Shown one piece after another: positions 1-9,489 of a DNA stretch of 64,000 bases. The notes under the pieces are model-generated. The model saw only the letters and a program-made list of their open reading frames with translations, was not told the origin of the DNA and made no database searches. The position numbers and the translations under genes are program-made. Position 1 is the first letter of the stretch; every line of letters starts with the position of its first letter. Source of the stretch: Candidatus Woesearchaeota archaeon (GTDB taxonomy: Archaea > Nanobdellota > Nanobdellia > Woesearchaeales > GW2011-AR15); contig JAFGJW010000007.1 in the NCBI GenBank assembly GCA_016928835.1, forward strand, positions 12,158-76,157. The letters are read 5' to 3'.

Positions 1-53
1 AATTAATGAAGTTGAAAATAACAAAATTATAATAGAAATCAGAAAAAAGGTTA

Positions 54-614
54 ATGAGTTATGTAAGCAGTTTCCATTGTATCCAGACATCACCTATTAA
101 AATGATAGAACAAATATTGATAAAGATTAAGGATATTATCTTAGCACCCATAACACACCCGGAAATGATATGGATTTCATTACCTCTCTTAATTTCTCTT
201 GTCCTTATCGAACTATATTTTGGGAAGTATTCAAAAGAAGAACTAGGATGGAACTCAGCACTCTCCAATAGCATGCTCTTATCATTTGTGGGATTGGACC
301 TGTTTAGGAAATTATTTACCATCTCAGGCAATAAGCTAGTTTTCTGCTCTAAGATACTGGTAGCTCTCGGGGTCACTACAGTTGGTTTCGCTTTCCTATA
401 CATGAATTTTTATCATAAGCTTCCAAAAAAACTGGCTTTCACTCTAAACTCAGTAATTCCAACCAATTTAACAGCCTATTTTGCACAAGTCCTGGTATAT
501 ACAGAGCAGGAATTAACCTTAGCAGCTTTAATATCTTTTATCACAATTTACCTCGGAACTTGGTTATTTTTTAGTATTGTTCATATATTTGAAACGAAGG
601 GTTATGATTCTTGA
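54..614 (+). CDS. hypothetical integral membrane protein
   Basis: 186 aa ORF, several hydrophobic helices, no recognisable family motif. Confidence 0.4.
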   Translation: MSYVSSFHCIQTSPIKMIEQILIKIKDIILAPITHPEMIWISLPLLISLVLIELYFGKYSKEELGWNSALSNSMLLSFVGLDLFRKLFTISGNKLVFCSKILVALGVTTVGFAFLYMNFYHKLPKKLAFTLNSVIPTNLTAYFAQVLVYTEQELTLAALISFITIYLGTWLFFSIVHIFETKGYDS

Positions 615-886
615 CAATGAAAATTATTTTAAAAAAACCGGGATTGAAATTATTGAAGATATTTTTGGAGAGCTCAGACAATAAGATAAAGAGTATTAAG
701 ATAACAGGTGATTTCTTTATCTATCCAGAAGAATCAATAGACAAACTAGAAACAGAATTGACAAGCATTGAAATTGATGAATGGACAATTAAAAAAAGAA
801 TAAATAACTTTGTAAAAAAGAATAATATCAGATTCTTTGGTATTACAACAGAAGCAATTACAGAGGCTATATTAAAATGCAAGTGA
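611..886 (+). CDS. lipoate-protein ligase A C-terminal accessory domain protein (split LplA, LplB-like)
   Basis: 91 aa; GDFF motif typical of LplA C-terminal domain; overlaps by 10 nt and is co-oriented with LplA catalytic-domain gene, as in archaeal split LplA. Confidence 0.6.
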   Translation: MTMKIILKKPGLKLLKIFLESSDNKIKSIKITGDFFIYPEESIDKLETELTSIEIDEWTIKKRINNFVKKNNIRFFGITTEAITEAILKCK

Positions 887-1632
887 GATTGTTAAAAACA
901 GGTTCCAATACCGCTTTCATGAATATGGCTATTGACGAGTCTGTGTTAGCGCATGTGAGCAAGGGTTTAAGTATTCCAACACTGAGATTCTATGGATGGA
1001 AGCCTGCTGCTGTTTCTATTGGCTATTTCCAGAGTATGGAGGATGAGGTTGATGTTGAGTTATGCAAAGAGAAAGGCATTGACTGCACCAGGAGAGTTAC
1101 AGGAGGTGGTGCTGTATTCCATGACAAAGAAGTTACATATAGTCTTATTATTCCAGAAAATTCGTTTGTATCAAATGACATTCTTGAATCATATAAGCAG
1201 ATATGTGGGGGCATAATTTCTGGTTTACAGCTATTTGGGATAAAATCAGAGTTCAAACCATTAAATGATATTATTGCTTATGGTAAAAAAATCTCAGGCA
1301 ATGCGCAGACAAGAAGACTAGGATGCATATTACAGCACGGCACAATCATACAGTCAGTGGATGTCAAAAGGATGTTCTCTATACTTAAAGTGCCTGATGA
1401 AAAGATCAAGGATAAATTAATTAAAAGCGTGGAGGAAAGGGTTACTTCTGTGAATAACATTTTAGGGAAAGAAGTTAGTTTTGAAAAAATTGGGGAATGT
1501 TTAATTAAAGGTTTTTCATCGGCTCTAAACCTTGAATTGGTTGAAGGAAAATTGTCTAGTTCTGAGATTGGGCTAGCAGAAAGATTAGTAAAAGAGAAGT
1601 ATGAGACAAAAGAGTGGAATTTTAAAAGGTAA
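877..1632 (+). CDS. lplA: lipoate-protein ligase A catalytic subunit (LplA N-terminal domain)
   Basis: BPL/LPL catalytic domain; RRVTGGGAVFHD motif and lipoyl-AMP binding lysine region (KKISGNAQ). Confidence 0.8.
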   Translation: MQVRLLKTGSNTAFMNMAIDESVLAHVSKGLSIPTLRFYGWKPAAVSIGYFQSMEDEVDVELCKEKGIDCTRRVTGGGAVFHDKEVTYSLIIPENSFVSNDILESYKQICGGIISGLQLFGIKSEFKPLNDIIAYGKKISGNAQTRRLGCILQHGTIIQSVDVKRMFSILKVPDEKIKDKLIKSVEERVTSVNNILGKEVSFEKIGECLIKGFSSALNLELVEGKLSSSEIGLAERLVKEKYETKEWNFKR

Positions 1633-1668
1633 ATTTTATTAATCACTACCCTTTAGTTTTTTATTGGG

Positions 1669-3030
1669 GTGAATAAAATAGAATACGACGCAGTAATCAT
1701 AGGCGCAGGCCCCGGAGGCTATACATGCGCAATCAGAATTTCTCAGCTTGGGGGAAAAGCCTGTATTGTAGAAAAAGATGAATTAGGGGGAACTTGCACA
1801 AACTGGGGATGCATACCCACAAAGTCGCTAATTGCCTCTATTCAATTATTAAAAAGTGTTAAGAGAGCATCTAGATTTGGAATTGATATTAAGGAGTATA
1901 ATGCAGATTTCCAAAAAGTAATGCAGAGGAAAAATACAATTGTAAAAACAGCTGTTCTAGGAATAAAGAATTTATTAGACAGCTATAATGTCAATGTGAT
2001 ACAGGGAGAAGCTCACGTGTTGTCAAAAAATGAAGTAAAAGTGAATGAAGCAACTATAAAGGCAAAGAACATTGTAATTGCCACCGGCTCCAATCCAATT
2101 ATTTTTCCTAATGTGAAGGTTGACGGTCACACTGTCTTAACAAGCAGAGAGCTGTTGTCTATAGACCATGTCCCAAAAGAATTAATAATCATAGGCGGAG
2201 GCATTATCGGCATTGAGTTTGCCACGATATTCTCTGAATTGGGAACAAGAGTTACAATTATTGAGATGCTTCCAAGAATCATAGCAACAGAAGATGAAGA
2301 GATTGGAGCAGAACTTTCAAAATCATTAGAAAAACAAAATGTAACTATTCTAACTAACCACAAATTTTTAGAGATAAATGATAATAGAGTGAAAGTACTT
2401 AACCAGGAAAACAAACAAGAGTTTGAAGTGAGTGCTGAGAAAATACTTTTTGCAGTTGGAAGAAGAGCCAATTTCAATACAGAAGAATTAGATAAGACTG
2501 GGGTTAAATATGAAAAGGCAATTATTGTTGACTCACATTTGAGAACAAATATTCCAAATGTTTATGCAATTGGAGATGTAAACGGAAAGTACATTCTGGC
2601 ACATGTTGCTATGAAGCAAGGTGAAGTTGCTGGTGAAAATATTATGGGACAAGATAAGGAAATGAATTATGATGCTGTGCCAAGCGCCATCTTCACAATC
2701 CCTGAAATTGCCAGTGTCGGCAAACAATATAAAGAAGGCTGCTTAACCGGGAAATTCCCTTTTGCTGCTAATGGAAAAGCAAGAGCTGACTCAGCAATTG
2801 AAGGATTTTGTAAGGTCATTGTAAAAGACAATAAATTATTAGGCGTCCATATAATAGGGGAGAATGCATCTTCACTAATTGAAGAGGCAGCACTCGCAAT
2901 AAAAAATAATATTGGTGTTGAGCAGGTACTTAATACGATTCATGCTCATCCAACATTATGCGAAATATTAAAAGGGGCAGTTGAGGATGCTCTTAACAGG
3001 GCGATTGATCTGCCAAAGAAAGGTGGTTAA
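1669..3030 (+). CDS. lpdA: dihydrolipoyl dehydrogenase (E3)
   Basis: FAD GxGxxG (IIGAGPGG), redox-active disulfide GGTCTNWGCIPTK, second NAD Rossmann GGGIIGIEF, C-terminal HAHPT dimerisation motif. Confidence 0.9.
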   Translation: MNKIEYDAVIIGAGPGGYTCAIRISQLGGKACIVEKDELGGTCTNWGCIPTKSLIASIQLLKSVKRASRFGIDIKEYNADFQKVMQRKNTIVKTAVLGIKNLLDSYNVNVIQGEAHVLSKNEVKVNEATIKAKNIVIATGSNPIIFPNVKVDGHTVLTSRELLSIDHVPKELIIIGGGIIGIEFATIFSELGTRVTIIEMLPRIIATEDEEIGAELSKSLEKQNVTILTNHKFLEINDNRVKVLNQENKQEFEVSAEKILFAVGRRANFNTEELDKTGVKYEKAIIVDSHLRTNIPNVYAIGDVNGKYILAHVAMKQGEVAGENIMGQDKEMNYDAVPSAIFTIPEIASVGKQYKEGCLTGKFPFAANGKARADSAIEGFCKVIVKDNKLLGVHIIGENASSLIEEAALAIKNNIGVEQVLNTIHAHPTLCEILKGAVEDALNRAIDLPKKGG

Positions 3031-3032
3031 AA

Positions 3033-3410
3033 ATGGAAAATCCAGACAACCTGAAATATACAAAAAAACACGAATGGGTCAAGGTAGAGGGAGATACTGC
3101 TTTATGCGGTGTTACAGACAAGGGTCAGCAGTTGCTGAAGGACATTGTTTTTGTTGAATTACCTTCACCAGGACCTGTTGCAAAAGACCAGCCTATCGGT
3201 TCAGTTGAGTCAGTAAAATCTGTGAGCGATTTCTATGCCCCTGTTTCAGGAGAGATTGTTGAACTGAATAAGGAACTGGAAAACTCGCCAGACTTATTAA
3301 ACAAAGAGCCTTATGGCAGAGGATGGGTTGTGAAAATTAAGCTCACTAATAAAGATGAATTAAATGGATTGATGGATAAAGCTAAATATGAGGAGTTCAT
3401 TAAAGCCTAA
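3033..3410 (+). CDS. gcvH: glycine cleavage system H protein / lipoyl carrier protein
   Basis: 125 aa; lipoyl-lysine motif ESVKSVSD, conserved YTKxHEW N-terminus. Confidence 0.85.
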   Translation: MENPDNLKYTKKHEWVKVEGDTALCGVTDKGQQLLKDIVFVELPSPGPVAKDQPIGSVESVKSVSDFYAPVSGEIVELNKELENSPDLLNKEPYGRGWVVKIKLTNKDELNGLMDKAKYEEFIKA

Positions 3411-4248
3411 GGTTAAGCTACCTTGTTCCCAAAATTACGGAAGAATTAATTCTATTCTTAAAAAGCATAATCTCCATACAGTCTGCGAGGAAGCTTCATG
3501 CCCTAATCTGGGAGAATGCTGGGACTCTGGCACTGCCACATTCATGATTCTTGGGGATATTTGCACTAGGAATTGTCTCTATTGCAATGTTAAGAGCGGG
3601 AAACCAATGAGACCAGACAAAAAAGAGCCAAAGAGAATAGCAGAGGTGGTTAGTAAGTTAGGATTAAATTATGTTGTGATTACTTCTGTTACAAGAGATG
3701 ATTTAGAAGATGGAGGCGCCTCTGCCTTTGCTGCTTGCATAAAAGAGATAAGAAAGTTAAATAGGAACATAAAAGTAGAACTTTTGATACCGGATTATAG
3801 TGGAGATTCCCTAAAAAAGTTAGTAGATGCAAATCCTGATGTACTTAACCATAATATTGAGGTTGTTGAACCTTTGTTCAAAAGACTAAGACCCCAGGGA
3901 GACTACAGAAAATCATTACAGACTCTAAAAGATATTAAAAAGATTAATAAAAATCAAGTAACAAAATCTGGTTTTATAATCGGCTTTGGAGAGATAGAAA
4001 AGGATATTAAATCAACAATAGAAAACTTAAGAAAAGCTGATGTTGATATTCTAACCATTGGGCAATATTTAAGACCAAGTTTAAAGAATGTTCCTGTGGA
4101 GAAATATTACCTCCCAGAAGATTTCAATAAATTGAGAGAATATGCTGTCTCTATTGGAATTCAAGAGATAAAATGCGGACCCCTAGTTAGATCTTCTTAC
4201 AAAGCTAGTCATATGTATAAGAAGGTGTATGAGCATCAAAAGGATTGA
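3388..4248 (+). CDS. lipA: lipoyl synthase (radical SAM)
   Basis: N-terminal auxiliary cluster CEEASCPNLGEC and radical SAM CTRNCLYC motif; 23-nt overlap with gcvH. Confidence 0.9.
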   Translation: MRSSLKPKVKLPCSQNYGRINSILKKHNLHTVCEEASCPNLGECWDSGTATFMILGDICTRNCLYCNVKSGKPMRPDKKEPKRIAEVVSKLGLNYVVITSVTRDDLEDGGASAFAACIKEIRKLNRNIKVELLIPDYSGDSLKKLVDANPDVLNHNIEVVEPLFKRLRPQGDYRKSLQTLKDIKKINKNQVTKSGFIIGFGEIEKDIKSTIENLRKADVDILTIGQYLRPSLKNVPVEKYYLPEDFNKLREYAVSIGIQEIKCGPLVRSSYKASHMYKKVYEHQKD

Positions 4249-5263
4249 ATTCATGGGGCAGTCTTCTCAATGCTATTGATAATCTTTCGTGGAGCACATC
4301 TTCAAGTGAAATTCTTTTTTTATCTAAATACTCCTGGCATTGTTTCTTATATAAGTCACGATTGTACAACCCGACTAAATAACCTGCCACAATAAGCTGC
4401 ATAAAACTGCGAGCTCCTGTCATCTGAATCATGCCACTTCTTTGCTGGGCCACATAGATCTCAGTGACTCCAAGTTCCGCTGCTGTTTCTTCAATAGAAT
4501 AGCCTCTTGCTCCATAGAGCAGTGTAACAGCTTCTCCTGGAGAAAAGACACTCTGTTGTCCGAGTAACTCTGCAGGCAAATACATATCTTCTAGTTGGCT
4601 TATTGCATTTTCCAAACCCGCGGCAAAGCCAATATTATATTTTATGCATATCTTATCCATTAAAGATTTGGTCAACTGTGCTTTCTCCAGTATTAAAATT
4701 GCAGCCTTGCTGATGCTGGTTCTCAGTGTTCCCTTTCTCGTGTTAAACGTCCTTAAAGCAAGACAGATTCTCCGTCGATAATTGCTTATACGGCCAGGAC
4801 AATAGCCCAACCTCTCAGCTGTTTCCTCAGTAGTATAGCCTAAAATTGCATCTAACAATACTCTTCCCTCAAGATAGTTAAATCCGATTCTTAACTGAGA
4901 AGATGGTTCTGCTGGTTCTCCTCTGATACACATGGCTTCCTGCTGAGAGCGGATAGGTATTTCAAGGTGCCTCATCCATAGTCCAATATCCTGGTCCCTT
5001 AGATCTCTATGATAGCTTGACTCAGTGGTAACGCGCATTGCCACTTCCTCTAAACTCATGCGCTCTACATGATATAAATATGCAAGATAAAAAGGTAAAG
5101 TGGGGGGCAAGTCTATCTTTTCTGTGCGAAATTCAGCAAATATATAGGGTGCAAGAGACAATTGGACTTTTTCCATTGTTCCTCTTACATAGGGATTTTC
5201 TAGTTCATTCACACTCCTGATAGTCTCTCTACCGATATCTTCAACACTCGTAAGTTGAGTCAT
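4205..5263 (-). CDS. hypothetical protein with three sigma-70 region-4/LuxR-like helix-turn-helix repeats
   Basis: 352 aa; repeated modules GYTTEETAERLGY.., GYSIEETAAELGVTEIYV.., MSLEEVAMRV..; Arg-rich, atypical for this AT-rich genome. Confidence 0.5.
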   Translation of the reverse strand: MTQLTSVEDIGRETIRSVNELENPYVRGTMEKVQLSLAPYIFAEFRTEKIDLPPTLPFYLAYLYHVERMSLEEVAMRVTTESSYHRDLRDQDIGLWMRHLEIPIRSQQEAMCIRGEPAEPSSQLRIGFNYLEGRVLLDAILGYTTEETAERLGYCPGRISNYRRRICLALRTFNTRKGTLRTSISKAAILILEKAQLTKSLMDKICIKYNIGFAAGLENAISQLEDMYLPAELLGQQSVFSPGEAVTLLYGARGYSIEETAAELGVTEIYVAQQRSGMIQMTGARSFMQLIVAGYLVGLYNRDLYKKQCQEYLDKKRISLEDVLHERLSIALRRLPHEFNPFDAHTPSYTYD

Positions 5264-5317
5264 CGCTGAGCAGAATTACATCTTTATATATAAATATTAT
5301 ATTAAATAATTGACAAT

Positions 5318-5347
5318 ATCTTTTTAAACGATGGTACTTTCTTTTTT
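5318..5347 (+). promoter_or_regulatory. putative TATA-like element (TTTTTAAA) and Shine-Dalgarno-like AGGTGAT upstream of rtcB
   Basis: A/T box about 25-33 nt upstream and GGTGA 8 nt upstream of ATG at 5353; prediction by eye only. Confidence 0.25.
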
Positions 5348-5352
5348 TCTAG

Positions 5353-6792
5353 GTGATTACCATGGAGTATGATTTAAAAAAGATCAATGATTTCCTTTTT
5401 GAAGTTCCTAAACAAGGAGCAATGCAAGTGCCACTTAGAATTTTTGCCTCTGAAAAATTGATCCAGAAGATGAAAGAGGACAATGCAATACAGCAGGGTG
5501 TTAATGTTGCTGCTCTCCCTGGGATAGTAAATGCGTCAATCATGCTGCCAGATGCCCATCAGGGCTATGGTTTCAGCATTGGTGGTGTAGCTGGCTTCAA
5601 ACTTGAGGAAGGTATTATTACTCCTGGTGGAATTGGTTTTGACATAAATTGTGGTATCCGTCTATTATCAACTAGTCTAAAAAAAGAACAGCTGTCTTCC
5701 AAAATTAAGGAACTAATTGAGATTATTTTCAGAAATGTTCCCTCAGGTGTTGGCTCATCCTCAAAAATAAGATTAAGTGATTCTGAATTAAATGCAGTTT
5801 TAGAAAAGGGCTCTAAATGGGCAGTTGCTCACGGCTATGGAATAGAAGAAGATTATGAGCACTGCGAATCTTATGGAAGTTTAGCACCTGCAGATGCTTC
5901 GAAGGTAAGTAACAAGGCAAAAGCCAGGGGCAGAGACCAGCTCGGCACTTTAGGTGCTGGAAATCATTTCCTTGAAATACAGTATGTGGACGAGATTTAC
6001 CAGCCAGAGATAGCTAAAAGATTTGGTATTAATGAGAAGAACCAAATAACTGTAATGATACATTGTGGCTCTCGCGGTTTAGGTCATCAGGTGTGTTCTG
6101 ATTACCTGCGCAAAATGGAGGATACCTATCCAGATATCATGAAAAGACTGCCTGAAAAAGACCTAATCTATGCCCCGTTTAACAGCCAGCTGGGACAGGA
6201 TTACTTTAAAGGGATGAGTGCTGCTGCCAATTATGCATGGGCTAACAGGCATATTATTGCACATTTTGTAAGAGAGTCGTTTAAGCCAATATTTCCAGAT
6301 GCAGAGCTTAAAACTATTTATGATGTGGCACACAATATAGCTAAAATAGAAGAGCATGAAGTGGATGGCAGAAAAGTGAAGCTGATTTTGCATAGGAAAG
6401 GAGCCACTAGAGCATTTCCACCAGGCCACCCAGAGATACCTGATGCTTACAGGGAAGCAGGGCAACCAGTGATAATTCCTGGCAGCATGGGAACTGCTTC
6501 TTATCTCTTGGTAGGCACAAAAGAGGGAATGGAACAGACATTTGGGAGCTCAGCGCATGGCGCTGGCAGAGTTATGAGCAGGCATGCTGCATTGCGGCAA
6601 TTCAGAGGCGAGCATGTGAAGAGCGAGCTTGAGAAAAACAAGATTTATGTCAAGGCGGCATCATGGAAGGGAATAGCAGAAGAAGCCCCTCAAGTATACA
6701 AGGATATAGATGAAGTTATTAGAGCAACAACAAAATCAGGACTAAGCAAGGCAGTTGCAAGATTAAGACCAATGGGTGTGATAAAGGGATAG
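5353..6792 (+). CDS. rtcB: RNA-splicing ligase RtcB
   Basis: Hallmark motifs GAGNHF, HCGSRGLGHQ, SSAHGAGR; length 479 aa. Confidence 0.95.
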   Translation: MITMEYDLKKINDFLFEVPKQGAMQVPLRIFASEKLIQKMKEDNAIQQGVNVAALPGIVNASIMLPDAHQGYGFSIGGVAGFKLEEGIITPGGIGFDINCGIRLLSTSLKKEQLSSKIKELIEIIFRNVPSGVGSSSKIRLSDSELNAVLEKGSKWAVAHGYGIEEDYEHCESYGSLAPADASKVSNKAKARGRDQLGTLGAGNHFLEIQYVDEIYQPEIAKRFGINEKNQITVMIHCGSRGLGHQVCSDYLRKMEDTYPDIMKRLPEKDLIYAPFNSQLGQDYFKGMSAAANYAWANRHIIAHFVRESFKPIFPDAELKTIYDVAHNIAKIEEHEVDGRKVKLILHRKGATRAFPPGHPEIPDAYREAGQPVIIPGSMGTASYLLVGTKEGMEQTFGSSAHGAGRVMSRHAALRQFRGEHVKSELEKNKIYVKAASWKGIAEEAPQVYKDIDEVIRATTKSGLSKAVARLRPMGVIKG

Positions 6793-6915
6793 ATATATAT
6801 TATTTCTGAATAATTTTATAAATCTTTCTACTAATTTACTATTGACAAGTAGTCATAAAATAAACCACAAAATATAAATATCAATTGCCTATAATATGTG
6901 CGGGGGATATAATTA

Positions 6916-7209
6916 ATGGGAAAAATAAGACTTATTGTCTTAGACATTTTAAAGCCGCACCAGCCAAGTATCTTAGAGCTGGCTTCTCAATTAAGTGACT
7001 TGAAAGGAGTTGACGGAGTTGATATTACAGTATACGAGATAGACAGCAAAGTGGAAAATGTTAAAGCCACAATCAAGGGCGCTCATATTGAATACCCAAA
7101 AGTTAGAAAGGTAGTTGACCAAATGGGAGGCACAATCCATAGTATAGATAAGGTTGCATGCGGTCACGAGATTGTCAAAGAAGTTGACACCCACCAGGAC
7201 AACCATTAA
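6916..7209 (+). CDS. DUF211-family small archaeal protein
   Basis: 97 aa; pattern RLIVLDILKPH..P..LEL...L..L.GVDGV.I.V.EID...E....TI.G..I.Y..V...V...GG.IHSID.V matches archaeal DUF211. Confidence 0.7.
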   Translation: MGKIRLIVLDILKPHQPSILELASQLSDLKGVDGVDITVYEIDSKVENVKATIKGAHIEYPKVRKVVDQMGGTIHSIDKVACGHEIVKEVDTHQDNH

Positions 7210-7211
7210 CC

Positions 7212-7805
7212 ATGAGATCAGCTCTCTCCAGATTTCTAGACAGAGTAAGAGAATACGACAGAATAGCCAAGATAGGCGAAATAGGCAGAAGATATTTCGC
7301 CATGAATTCCTTCGACGGCATCCTAACAATTCTTGGAATACTGCTGGGAAGCTATTTCGCAGGGATAAGCAATGCGAGAATAATCATAACTACTGGTTTT
7401 GGCGCCTGCATTGCGATGGGTGTTTCTGGGATATGGGGAACTTACCTGGCTGAAGAAGCAGAAAGAAATAAGGCATTAAGGGACTTGGAAAGAGCAACTC
7501 TGACAAGAATGAAAAATACCAAAATTCAAAAGGCTGCAAAATTTGCCATAATCAGCGTTGCTTTGATTGATGGACTGTCTCCCTTCTTTGCTGCACTAGT
7601 AGTGATTCTTCCCTTCATAGTGCTATCCTTCCTACCTATTAAGTTAATCTACCTAATCTCAATAATGATTGCTTTCATTCTTCTAATCTCTTTAGGTATC
7701 TTCCTGGGTACGATTTCAAGGGAAAATATTATTAAGAGTGGATTAAAAATGGCGCTCGCCGGAGTGGTTTGTGTTGTCCTAAGTCTCCTCTTACAATTTT
7801 ATTAG
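7212..7805 (+). CDS. VIT1/CCC1-like (DUF125) membrane protein
   Basis: 197 aa; N-terminal soluble segment then Gly-rich TM helices (NSFDGILTILGILLG...); family call tentative. Confidence 0.45.
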   Translation: MRSALSRFLDRVREYDRIAKIGEIGRRYFAMNSFDGILTILGILLGSYFAGISNARIIITTGFGACIAMGVSGIWGTYLAEEAERNKALRDLERATLTRMKNTKIQKAAKFAIISVALIDGLSPFFAALVVILPFIVLSFLPIKLIYLISIMIAFILLISLGIFLGTISRENIIKSGLKMALAGVVCVVLSLLLQFY

Positions 7806-7842
7806 AAAGCTTTAAATATACGCTAACAAACCAAGGAATTAG

Positions 7843-8271
7843 GTGATTTATATGAGTATTGTGGGATTCAATTTTACAAAGATCGTGGTTGAGAAGAAGA
7901 AACAGGCAATTGGAAAGATTAATATTGCAAATAATTTCAGCATTAAGGAAGTTCGAGAAGCAAAACTAAACTTAGGCAAGAGCTCACAAAGAGGCCTGGA
8001 ATTCAACTTTGAATTTAGTTCCAAGTATCAGGATGATATTGGTTCAATCGAACTTTTCGGTTTCCTTATATTTATGGACAAAGAAGAAAAGGTAAAAGAA
8101 GCGCTCTCTTCATGGAAAAAAGATAAGAAAATCCCAAAAGAGATTATTGACCAGGTCTACAATCACATAATTTCAAGGAGTTATGTTGAAGCATTGTTAT
8201 TGAGCAGGGAAGTTCAGCTGCCTCCTCCGATTCCCTTGCCAAGAATCGCTCAGAGACAGACTACCCAATAA
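7843..8271 (+). CDS. hypothetical protein
   Basis: 142 aa ORF with RBS-like AGGTGA upstream; no recognisable motif. Confidence 0.4.
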   Translation: MIYMSIVGFNFTKIVVEKKKQAIGKINIANNFSIKEVREAKLNLGKSSQRGLEFNFEFSSKYQDDIGSIELFGFLIFMDKEEKVKEALSSWKKDKKIPKEIIDQVYNHIISRSYVEALLLSREVQLPPPIPLPRIAQRQTTQ

Positions 8272-8316
8272 TTTTTTTTCTAAAAATTTTTATTTAATCA
8301 TTTATTCTACTTTATC

Positions 8317-9489
8317 ATGTTCAAACGGATATTTGTCATAGTTCTGGACGGCGTAGGTATTGGATATCTGCCTGATGCAGAAAGAGTTGGAGATAAAGGA
8401 GCTAATACAATGAAAAATATTGCTCTTGCATCAAATGGACTAAGTCTGCCAAATCTTCAAAGGCTGGGCCTGGGTAATATAATAGAGATTAAGGGGATAC
8501 AGAAAACAGCCGGAATAGGCTCCTTTGGAAAAATGGCTGAGAAGAATCCAGCTAAAAATTCTGATGCTGGCCATTGGGAATTGATGGGATATATCAAAGA
8601 TCCCGGCTTTCCTCTCTATCCAAATGGATTTCCAAAGCAATTGCTGAAAAGGTTTGAGATTCTAACAGGCAGAAAAGTACTTGGTAATATCCGTGCATCT
8701 GGAACCGAGATAATCAAGCGATTGGGAGAAGAGCATCTTAAAACGGGAAAACTGATAGTATATACTTCTGCGGACAGTGTATTTCAAATTGCAGCCCATG
8801 TTGATATTATCTCCATTGAAGAATTATATGGTATTTGTAAGAAAGCAAGAAAATTGTGTGTTGGAAAATGGGAAGTTGGCAGGATTATAGCAAGGCCATT
8901 TCAAGGTAAAGCAGATAAATTTCAAAGGATAAATGAAAGGAGGAGAGACTATCCTTTGCCATTTAAAGAGGATACTATTTTAGACAAACTAAAAGAAAAT
9001 GGCTATGATACAATCACATTTGGCGAGGTAGGGGAACTGTTCAATATGAAAGGCATTACAAAGTATCTCCATACAAAAGATAATCAGCAATCCATAAACT
9101 TTATTATCCAAAAAACACAAAAAGACTTTACGGGTATATTATTTGGAAACCTTGTTGATTTTGATATGCTCTATGGTCATAGGCGCAATCCTGCTGGGTT
9201 TAAAAAAGCGCTTGAATACTTTGATAGCAGGCTCAGTGATATAATGGCCAGGCTCGATCAGGATGACCTCTTGGTTATTACTGCAGACCACGGAAATGAC
9301 CCAACGTTCAAGGGTACAGATCACACACGGGAATATGTTCCTCTGCTTGTTTATGGAAAAAAATGCAGGCCAAATGTTAATCTCGGAACAAGAAAAAGTT
9401 TTGCTGATGTCGGCAAAACCATAGCAGATAATTTCAACTTAAAAATTAATAATGGAACAAGTTTTTTAAAAGAGATATTAGAATGTTAA
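8317..9489 (+). CDS. deoB: phosphopentomutase
   Basis: Alkaline-phosphatase superfamily; N-terminal LDGVGIG and C-terminal TADHGNDPT motifs typical of DeoB. Confidence 0.85.
   Translation: MFKRIFVIVLDGVGIGYLPDAERVGDKGANTMKNIALASNGLSLPNLQRLGLGNIIEIKGIQKTAGIGSFGKMAEKNPAKNSDAGHWELMGYIKDPGFPLYPNGFPKQLLKRFEILTGRKVLGNIRASGTEIIKRLGEEHLKTGKLIVYTSADSVFQIAAHVDIISIEELYGICKKARKLCVGKWEVGRIIARPFQGKADKFQRINERRRDYPLPFKEDTILDKLKENGYDTITFGEVGELFNMKGITKYLHTKDNQQSINFIIQKTQKDFTGILFGNLVDFDMLYGHRRNPAGFKKALEYFDSRLSDIMARLDQDDLLVITADHGNDPTFKGTDHTREYVPLLVYGKKCRPNVNLGTRKSFADVGKTIADNFNLKINNGTSFLKEILEC

Noticed and set aside
992-1646. Antisense or alternate-frame ORFs nested inside well-supported genes (also e.g. 2127-2477, 11523-11795, 20275-20571, 24612-25553, 34550-37755, 52437-53174)
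   Set aside because: They lie wholly inside strongly supported genes on the opposite strand or in another frame, have low-complexity translations and no motifs; treated as spurious.
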